From positions 76,968,733 through 77,013,064 of the forward strand of contig NC_068988.1 of the NCBI RefSeq assembly GCF_001194135.2: a stretch of 44,332 bases of DNA. Reading direction: 5' to 3'. A program made the position numbers and the translations under genes. Position 1 is the stretch's first letter, and each line of letters starts with the position of its first letter. Source of the stretch: Octopus bimaculoides (Eukaryota). The notes below the pieces were generated by a model. That model saw nothing but the letters and a program-made list of their open reading frames with translations, did no database searches and had not been told where the DNA came from. Positions 35,479-44,332 of the stretch are shown here, in pieces.

Positions 35479-36020
35479 GGTATTTTTACTCCCTTACCTT
35501 TACTCCCTCCCTCACTTAGCGGTCATTCTAATAACTCTTTTGTCTTAATAACGGTCAACGACACAGTGATTTCCCTTTGTTTAACGGTCATTTTCATAGC
35601 ATTTTTCAATGGCCAGATNNNNNNNNNNTATATATATATATATGTATATATGTATATATATATGTATATATATGTATACATACATACACATACACACACA
35701 CTCATTACACACATGGGTATGTGTGTGTCTGTGTGTGTGGGTGTGTTAGTGTATTAAGTTATTGATTTTCTTAGCAGTCCTCTTTCAATGCATAATTGCT
35801 GCTAATGAGACTGATCACAACAATTATTGTAAATATTAATAACTCATTAAGTCCTTGCCTAATTTCATTTTGTATTTCAAATTTCTGCTTTAGTTTCCAT
35901 TACTGAAGCAAATGTGCCCAACACCATGGAAAAGGTTGAGCCAAGCATCAGTAAAAGGTTAGACAAGATTTCAATTGTCACTAGTTTAAGTAACTAACAA
36001 CAGTGGATTCTTAAATGTCA

Positions 36021-36170
36021 CTAATTGTGGTACCTAATTTGTGTGGATAAATAATTGCATCCAATTGTGGTACCTAATTACTGTGGATTAATGATTGTTT
36101 CTAATTGTGGTACCTGATTAATGTAGATTCATAATTGTCCGTAATTGTAATACCTAATTACTTTGGATTC
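36021..36170. repeat. 40-bp-period minisatellite, about 4 units
   Basis: AATTGTGGTACCT(A/G)ATT core recurs at 36023, 36063 and 36103, and degenerate at 36143. Confidence 0.85.
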
Positions 36171-37249
36171 AAATTCTTTATGTATAATCATTCATTGCTA
36201 TTTCCCATTTGTTGTTTCACCCCAGGTCAGTTCTTATGAAATTGAAATATCACTACCACATCTATCCCCTTCCTCACTTCCACACTATCACAAAACACAC
36301 CAATGTGTCTCAGATGTAATCCTTACATATTTTTTTTTTTTTTGCCGTGTTTTCTACATTATGTTTAAGGTCGAACTCAGAAGAAGAAAAGGCTATGATA
36401 TTTGTGCAAGGCTTCCATAACATGTGATGTAAAATGTATGATGAAATCCCTGCTGAAACCTTATATTCAAGCCCTGTAAAAAGATGGATTCCGATTTAGG
36501 CAGCCAAAGCCCAGTTGATGGGGTCAAAATGGGCTGCAGTTTAAGTCTACCTCATAAGATTAGGAATGGTCTGAGTAATGGGTCTTCACACAGTTCCCCT
36601 CTACCATCTTATATTCACAATGCTTACATCAGATGACGATTATGATAGACATTACCTGTTCATTGATTTTCTGAACGTTGTACAATGGTATTGAACCTAG
36701 AACAATGTAATTGTGAAGAGAACTTTAGAACTGCCTGGTCATGCTTGACAATTGTTAAACTGAATAAACCATAAACATGGAATTGTACATATAACCTCAA
36801 CATTGTTTTAGAGTAAGGTTAAAAATACATTTTTCTGATGTAAAGGAAAACATCTAGCTTTTAAAGCATAGTTGAGTATCTTATATATAAATGGCAATTT
36901 CTGTCTTTCTGTTCCTCTGTCTGTTGCCATCTTGCTGCCCAAAACAGGGAATCAATCTTCAACAAACTTTGTGTACATATTGAACTATCATCAAGTTCAA
37001 TTATAGGCTAACTGGATTTCAATAAAAATCGATAATGGACCAACTACAGGGTTTGGGCTATTACGTAATAAAATGAGAAGGGTGCAAAAGTGTTGGGTTC
37101 AGGAAAATGTGGCATAATGAGGGTGGCCGATATCAGGGAAGGGGAGGAGGCAGGAAGAGATAAACACAGAGAATGTGAGAGACAGACAAAGAGAACAACA
37201 GACAGGGATATCTTTCATATGCATAAAAGAGAGTTTGTATGTATGTGTA

Positions 37250-37312
<63 letters not shown>
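37250..37312. repeat. (TG)n microsatellite
   Basis: Direct run. Confidence 0.97.
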
Positions 37313-37320
<8 letters not shown>

Positions 37321-37572
37321 ATCTTCCTTATGCTTTCGAAAACTGAGTTGCTGATTTTGACATATGGGGTATCAAAACTTTCAGTAATCTTATGACTACC
37401 AAATAAACTTTATTTTCATTTATATATTTGCATTACAAGAATTTTGCAATATAATCTTTTCTGCAAGTCAACTATCATAAACATTTTATACCATGATGAC
37501 AACAACGACATCGCATTTTCTATATGAGTGTGTACCTTAAAAGACATCCATTTCTCCATATGTTATGACGAA

Positions 37573-37900
37573 GGCGCATGGCTCAGTGGTTAGAGCATCG
37601 AGCTTATGATCGTGAGGTTGTGAGTTCGATTCCCGGACCAGGCTGTGTTGTGTTCTTGAGTAAGACACTTTATTTCATGTTGCTCCAGTTAACTCAGCTG
37701 TAGAAATGAGTTGCGACGTCACTGGTGCCAAGCTGTATCGGCCTTTGCCTTTCCCTTGGATAATATCAGTGGTGTGGAAAGGGGAGGCTGGTATGCATGG
37801 GTGACTACTGGCCTTCCACAAACAACCTTGCCCGGACTTGTGCCTCAGAGGCTAACTTTCTAGGTGCAATCTCATGGTCATTCATGACCGAAGGGGTCTC
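37573..37900 (+). mobile_element. tRNA-derived CORE-type SINE (family B), near full length
   Basis: A box TGGCTCAGTGGTTAGAGC and B box GAGTTCGATTCCC, followed by TGTTCTTGAGTAAGACACTTTATTTCA...GCTCCAG...CAGCTG...AAATGAG (CORE-like domain). Confidence 0.85.
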
Positions 37901-37923
37901 CTACTATGATGAAATACAGTCAC

Positions 37924-37925
<2 letters not shown>

Positions 37926-37978
<53 letters not shown>

Positions 37979-38125
37979 TGTACACGCACACATATATACA
38001 AAAAAATGATGTATGCATACGTATTTATGTATGGGTATATGAAAGATATATATGTGACGCAGTGAGAGACTGAGTGAGTGCCACTTACACATACATGCAA
38101 AAGAAAACATACATGACAACACACA

Positions 38126-38186
<61 letters not shown>

Positions 38187-38215
38187 GCACACAAGCACAT
38201 GTACACATGGACACA
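37926..38215. repeat. (CT)n and (CA)n microsatellite cluster
   Basis: Direct runs; they explain the ERERE/LSLSL ORFs. Confidence 0.95.
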
Positions 38216-39649
38216 CACACATCCATTTCATATGCATATACATACATCTTTCGCCTTCTTCTCTCTTTCACTTTCTGCTCTCACTTCAAAGCAAATGTCA
38301 CCTTTTCACTTTCTCCTCTCTTTCAATTTCTGCTCTCTTCAAAGCATAAAGAAATAAAAAATTTTTACAGAAATTAATGAGTAATCATATGATCCCATAT
38401 CATTGGCCATATGATTGAGTTGACAACTTACCTGCTTCAAATGAAAAAAATGCCATAAAATAGCTCCCTTTGGCACACATAAACACATACGTACATGCAC
38501 ACACACACACACACATGCGCACACACATACACACACTCTAGGCAAAACGTCTGTATGAATTGTGTTATTTCCTNNNNNNNNNNNNNNNNNNNNNNNNNNN
38601 NNNNNNNNNNNNNNNNNNNNNNNNNNNNNNNNNNNNNNNNNNNNNNNNNNNNNNNNNNNNNNNNNNNNNNNNNNNNNNNNNNNNNNNNNNNNNNNNNNNN
38701 NNNNNNNNNNNNNNNNNNNNNNNNNNNNNNNNNNNNNNNNNNNNNNNNNNNNNNNNNNNNNNNNNNNNNNNNNNNNNNTTTTAATACTGGAGATTAGGAT
38801 TTTGCTTAAAAAAAATGTTCTCAATATTTTGATTTTCTTCCTCCCCATCCCAACTTCTTCATTTTTACTTTTTTTGAATATTTTTCTTGGTAATCCACAA
38901 AGAAAGAAACAGAGAGAACAAATCTTTAAGAATTTTTTCTTCCTTTTTTCTTAAAGAAACACTAAAATCTCCTTCCCAAACATCCATCCATCACCTCATC
39001 ACTTTCAAAAAGCTACAGACTCCCAATGTTTCACTTTTAGCTTTTTGGAAAGTGGGGGAGTTTCTTCAAAAATAATGTTGTTTACCTGTTATTTCTAGCA
39101 TGTTGGGTTTTCTGGTGGTGCTCTAATATTTTTTATGTCTACTATTTCAATACAATTCAATGCATGTGTGAAACATCAGACAGAAGTGAAACAGGATGTT
39201 CTTAGCTTTGTGAAAGTGGGTAGGTGATGGGTGGGTGAGGTGGGGGAAGGGGCATTGAGTATTTCTTTAAGAAAAATTGAACTTTAATAAAAATACATAT
39301 TTCTGAGATTCGTAATATCTGTATTTTTCTACATGGATAAAAAAAGAATTTGTAAAAAAGTTACAATTTAAGAAATTGTGGCGGGGACAGGCAGAAATTA
39401 AAATTTTGATGAATATGATTTCTGGGCAAAATCATATTAACCCCCTTTTATACAATGAAAGAATACATAGTTTGTGCTCCTTTTTAAGAACAGAAAGCAC
39501 TTTCATGCAAACCCATGCAAATTGTACTCTCCCCACTTCCCTTCTAAACAAACAATAACTTCCATTAGGCCAGTAACCCAGTTCACTATACATCAGCAGT
39601 ACTGATTCTGCCCATAAGAAAGGAATAAATAATGCAATATGGCTTGATG

Positions 39650-39935
39650 TGGACAGTGCTGGTGATACATAAAAGGCACCTATGCCAGTGACATATAAAA
39701 GTAACCTGTGTCAGCTGCATGGAAAGGTATCCATGCTGGTGAAATGTGAAAGGCACCTGTGCCAGTGACACCTAAAAGATACCCAGTAAATTCTGTAAAA
39801 TGGTTGGCATTACAAAGGGCATCCAGCCTTAGAAACCAAGCAGATGACTGGTGCAGCTCTTCAGCTTCCTAGCTCCAGGCAAACCATGTAGTCCATGACA
39901 GCATGGAAAATGGATGTTAAATGATGATGATAATG
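39650..39935 (+). mobile_element. RTE-type 3' tail with short tandem subrepeats and (GAT)n end
   Basis: Repeated GTGACA.(A/G)TAAAAG..ACC..TGCC units, then GGTTGGCATT...AAGGGCATCCAGCC...AGCATGGAAAATGGATGTTAAATGATGATGAT. Confidence 0.7.
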
Positions 39936-40099
39936 ACATACATACATACACACACATACTTCCATCACTTTCCTAACTACTGCACTATTCCAGCTATTAT
40001 AATCATATGAGAACAGAGATGCACATATTTCATATCCAACACTTTTGCGCTTCCAGTTTCCCCTTCTCTTAGAGCCACCTCCCCATCTCATCCAGCTCA

Positions 40100-40710
40100 C
40101 ATTCTCAATATCTTGAACACCATTGCATATCAGTCATTACAAACTCCCTATTTTTGTTCTTCACTCTCTCTATATGTCTTCCCTTCTAGATACCTCTGAT
40201 CTCTGCTCTTATCACTTAACATTCCAGTCTCTCCCTCCCACCCTTTACATCAAATCCCTACTTCTCATCTATATGTGTTTTATTATAATGTTGCTCTTAG
40301 TTCCCTTTTTTATACTGCTACTTATCACTTCATCCTCCCTGACTCATTCCTATTTCTTTCACATTCCCTGCCCCCTCCCCCAACTGATAGTCACCACAGA
40401 CATCCATCCCCACCTGCATCACGTATATCACTAACCCTAACCATCTATCACTCATTTCATACTCTCGTGAACTTTCTACTCCCCTATCTGCCTTACCATT
40501 TCCTCTGTCCCCATCTTTCTCTCACACCCACTCTCTTGAACCTTGAGGGTATGTCCTGACACTTCATCACCAATCAGCACCATCTTTTCTTTCCTAGCTC
40601 AAGGTGCCATGTATCTCCTCTTGCGCAGGATACCTCAACACTTGCCTCTCAACACCCCCACCCTCGCTCAAGGGAGTCTTGTCTTGCAAGCTACTTGGTG
40701 ACCTCACTAG
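40100..40710 (+). mobile_element. Probable RTE LINE 3'UTR (pyrimidine-rich)
   Basis: C/T-rich tract ending GTCTTGTCTTGCAAGCTACTTGGTGACCTCACTAGTG, resembling in reverse the 3'UTR at about 5660-6200. Confidence 0.45.
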
Positions 40711-40777
40711 TGACACTCTTTAAAGTGATTTGTATTAAAAAGGACATCACATTGTAGAAAGCATAGAAAAACAGACA

Positions 40778-40990
40778 TTAACCCTTCAGCATTCAGATTA
40801 TTCTGTCAAATGTAATGCTTATTTATTCACAGTTTTGAATTAATTCTGCATTGTCTTGTAGCTTCGAGATTGCAATGATATGATTGCTTATTTTTAGAAT
40901 GACATTGTAGGGTATGTGTGAAGGGCCAGACCCAGCTGATTTAAACACAGAACAGGTAGAATATTTAGGCTGGATATAGCCAGTTTAAAA
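40778..40990 (+). mobile_element. Probable non-autonomous DNA element starting TTAA-CCC (piggyBac-like MITE), right end lost
   Basis: TTAACCCTTCAGCATTCAGATTATTCTGTCAAATGTAATGC...; the opposite TIR is not present. Confidence 0.4.
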
Positions 40991-41256
40991 TAACACAGTT
41001 CTTTGACCTGTCAAACCATCTTGCGCATCACAGCTTTGAAATAATGACAACGATCGGGGATGATGATAATGATGAACACATAACTGTGTGTGTGTGTGTG
41101 TGTGCGTGTGTGTGTGTGTGTACATACATCATACATACATACATGTATGTATGTATGTATGTATGTTTGTATATTTAATTGAGTAAATATATTTGAATAT
41201 ACTAGAAGAGATCACTCATATACAAATATATACAAATCTATTGTGTACACTTAAAT

Positions 41257-41293
<37 letters not shown>

Positions 41294-41477
41294 TATGCAT
41301 GTATACACAGACTTATATGGAAGCATGCAAGCTGTGTAAGGATATTATTATAAATAGATACGTTTGTGTGTGTGTGTGTGTGTATTTAAAAATGCAAATT
41401 TAAATGTATCTGTATGAATATGTGATGGTATGCATAAATATGTATGTATAAATTGAATATACATAAATATATATATA

Positions 41478-41877
41478 GGTACAGGAGTGGCTGTGTGGTA
41501 AGTAACTTGTTTACCAACCACATGGTTCCGGGTTCAGTCCCACTGCGTGGCACCTTCGGCAAGTGTCTTATACTATAGCCTTGGGTCAACCAAAGCCTTG
41601 TGAGTGGATTTGGTAGACGGAAACTCAAAGAAGCCTGTCGTATATATGTATATATATATATGTATGTATGTCTGTGTATATGTTTGTCCCCACAACATTG
41701 CTTGACAACTGATGGTGGTGTGTTTACAACTCTTGTAACTTAGCGGTTCAGCAAAAGAGACTGAAAGAATAAGTACTAGGCTTACAAAGAATAAGTCCTG
41801 GGGTCGATTTGCTCGACTAAAGGCGGTGCTCCAGCATGGCTGCAGTCAAATGACTGAAACAAGTAAAAGAGTAAAAG
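41478..41877 (+). mobile_element. Full-length SINE family A
   Basis: Complete head, internal microsatellite and ...GAAACAAGTAAAAGAGTAAAAG tail. Confidence 0.93.
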
Positions 41878-42150
41878 GAGTGGCTGTGAGGTAAGTAGCT
41901 TGCTTACCAACCACATGATTCCGGGTTCAGTCCCACTGCGTGGCACCTTGGGCAAGTGTCTTCTACAATAGCCTCGGGCCGACCAAAGCCTTGTGAGTGG
42001 ATTTGGTAGACAGAAACTGAAAGAAGCCCGTCGTATATATGTATATATATATATGTATGTATGTCTGTGTATATGTTTGTCCCCACAACATTGCTTGACA
42101 ACTGATGGTGGTGTGTTTACAACTCTTGTAACTTAGCGGTTCAGCAAAAG
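41877..42150 (+). mobile_element. Second SINE family A copy directly head-to-tail, running into gap
   Basis: GGAGTGGCTGTGAGGTAAG begins at the tail of the previous copy. Confidence 0.9.
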
Positions 42151-43452
42151 NNNNNNNNNNNNNNNNNNNNNNNNNNNNNNNNNNNNNNNNNNNNNNNNNN
42201 NNNNNNNNNNNNNNNNNNNNNNNNNNNNNNNNNNNNNNNNNNNNNNNNNNNNNNNNNNNNNNNNNNNNNNNNNNNNNNNNNNNNNNNNNNNNNNNNNNNN
42301 NNNNNNNNNNNNNNNNNNNNNNNNNNNNNNNNNNNNNNNNNNNNNNNNNNNNNNNNNNNNNNNNNNNNNNNNTATATATATTTATACATACACACACACA
42401 AACACACACACATACACACGCACACAAATACACTACCCAGACACAAACATGTTTGTATAAATATAACATGCACATATAACACTAATATAAACAGTACTCA
42501 AACACACACACACTGCTATGCATATATAATATATGACAATATGAACTGTAGCCATAAATATTCAATTCTCACCATAATAGAGATGTCAACGAATTTTATT
42601 ATTCACACTTGTGTGTTTATTTATTGAATTATCTTTCTCTAATTTTCTGGCAAGAAACCATCTTTTATCTTCTGACACAGACGAAGAAAAAACAGACAAA
42701 CAAACAAATACATAACTAAACATACATATACTACGGTTGTTTAACCCTAGGTCAGAGCAAGTTAATTAGATCTATGATCTAAAGCAATCCAATCTTGACC
42801 AAGCCTTCTTGTTTTAATATCTGTCATTACATTATCTAATATACATCTAAGAATACATCATCTAATGTATCAGCCTTCTTTCTCTAAGATGACTGGATGT
42901 AGGTTGAGGCAGATATGACTGCTATTTCTAGTAGATGGTGTTATCATGTAAAGGGGTCCTTGTTGTCCCTTTAGCTTTAAAAACGGCATTAAATATCAAA
43001 ACCATTGAATGATAGGGACAAAATTGAAGATTTAGTCATTAGAAAGGTTACCTACAGCAATTGTCTGGAGGGTGGCCTGTTCCCCAGTCCTTCTTCCTAC
43101 CTCCATGTAGCAAATGATGTGCTTTTATCTGTAGAATTGCTATTTTCAGAATTATAATAGTTGAGGTGTAATAAAGGACTGAAGATGTGGGAATCCTCTT
43201 GACAAGGGACCAGAAAAACAGTTTGGGTATAGTTTGGGAGCTAAGGTTGATTTCAATCCATAGGAGACATGACACAATCCTTTATATTCTAATGGACAGC
43301 TTGAAGGTGTTTTTGATGGTTGATAGTTACCAGTCAGTGATGTACACTAATCTCTGACCTCCACTATCACCCAGATGTTAACAGTAGTGTTTTTTTCACC
43401 TTTACAACTATAGTTCACCAGTAGGCAAAGCATGATGATAGTTTTCATTCAG

Positions 43453-43512
43453 AGAAATGTGGACAGAAATATCTATGAAGAAGTCATAAAGTCATGTAGT
43501 TTATTGTTTCAG
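43453..43512 (+). CDS. Candidate 60-nt internal host exon (RNVDRNIYEEVIKSCSLLFQ), product unknown
   Basis: Acceptor GTTTTCATTCAG|, donor CAG|GTGAGT, exactly 20 codons. Only the phase-0 frame is open. It lies in non-repetitive sequence. No homology recognised. Confidence 0.45.
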
Positions 43513-43979
43513 GTGAGTTAGAAGAAAACATGTTTGCTGCCAAGAATAGTCTGTATGAACTGTCTGACTTTGACTAGTTAACTAATCTGAAGTACTTCTC
43601 AGTTATAATGATTATATATCGGTCAATATAAACAATAAATCATCTGGTTTATACATGACAATGTGTATTTGAGAAAAATATTGTAAAACACATTAAATCA
43701 TAACAACTGGTATATACTCCATCCAAAACATTTATTCTCAAGGAAGATGAATGTTAGAAGATAACGATTTCAATGCTTGCTCTAAAACAATGCTACAGTT
43801 ATAACTGTTACGAGAGACTCAGATTCTTGTGTTAATGAAGCTAATGAGATCTAATTAACTTAGAACAGTGATCTCATATTTGTTATATTTCTGTATTTTC
43901 TAAGGATTATATGTCTTTAACTGCTCAAATACAACACTTCTGAGTGTTATGTGTAGATACAAACATATTTACATATACA

Positions 43980-44332
43980 CAAACAATTAGGAGAGAGAAT
44001 AGTGATGTTGTAGGAGAGAAATGTGTTCGCATGGATGATGGTACGCTTGCATTAAATGAGGATGCAAAGAAAGAGGTCTGGAGATGCCACTACGATAGAT
44101 TGCTTAATAAAGAGAATGAATGGGAGAAAGAGAGCCTGCCTTATGTCGACCCAATAGAGGGACCAGCTATCCGAGTTGATAGTACCAGGGTAGATAAAGC
44201 AATTAAGAGTATGAAGACCGGGAAAGCCCCCGGCCCATCAGGAATCACTGCAGAGATGCTCAAAATATCTGGCAGTGTTGGCTATAGCCTAGTCACCCGT
44301 ATTACGAACCAGGTGATACACGAAGGAGTCAT
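43980..44332 (+). mobile_element. 5'-truncated RTE LINE with an uninterrupted frame, continuing beyond the window
   Basis: QTIRRENSDVVGEKCVRMDDGTLALNEDAKKEVWRCHYDRLLNKENEWEKESLPYVDPIEGPAIRVDSTRVDKAIKSMKTGKAPGPSGITAEMLKISG...; no stops; KAPGPSGI is the RT N-terminal motif. Confidence 0.9.

Noticed and set aside
36021-36170. Possible CRISPR array
   Set aside because: The putative spacers are homologous to each other, the core is only about 17 bp, there are no cas genes and the context is eukaryotic.
37573-37640. Possible tRNA gene
   Set aside because: A/B boxes are present, but the sequence continues into a CORE-type SINE body and no proper acceptor stem closes; it is a SINE head.
43052-43128. 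Minus-strand 77-nt exon candidate (CAG|...TAG|GTAACC; IKAHHLLHGGRKKDWGTGHPPDNCC)
   Set aside because: Poor pyrimidine tract, no recognisable homology, and opposite strand to the stronger nearby candidate; cannot be supported without RNA data.

Overview
Repeat-dense, AT-rich eukaryotic (metazoan) genomic DNA from a gapped short-read draft assembly. About a dozen N-gaps are present, most flanked by (TA)n/(CA)n microsatellites. The SINE and LINE repertoire looks like that of an octopus/cephalopod genome (inference from recalled repeat families; not verified by search). No intact multi-exon gene, rRNA, true tRNA or CRISPR array is visible, and almost all long ORFs in the track are microsatellite or N-gap artefacts. 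The window is a mosaic of decayed transposons: several RTE-clade LINE pieces (one with an open frame running off the right end), a BovB-like RTE, an R4/Dong-like RLE LINE, a Penelope-like element (RT + GIY-YIG), a complete hAT (Buster/Charlie-type) with a perfect 8-bp TSD, a second (TTF-zinc-finger/DUF4371-type) hAT, a Tc1/mariner fragment, a Helitron 3' end, many tRNA-derived SINEs and several foldback/inverted-repeat structures. The best observations are three. (1) Minimal type-I hammerhead ribozyme motifs, including a head-to-head pair in a 287-bp hairpin whose core has a swapped G3:C8 pair and an extra nucleotide after A9. (2) A PHD-like Cys/His module inserted in the RT of an RTE LINE. 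(3) A tRNA-like cloverleaf inside a TIR-bounded MITE. One plausible host exon (43453-43512, +) suggests the window may be intronic. None of these is shown to be novel without database searches.
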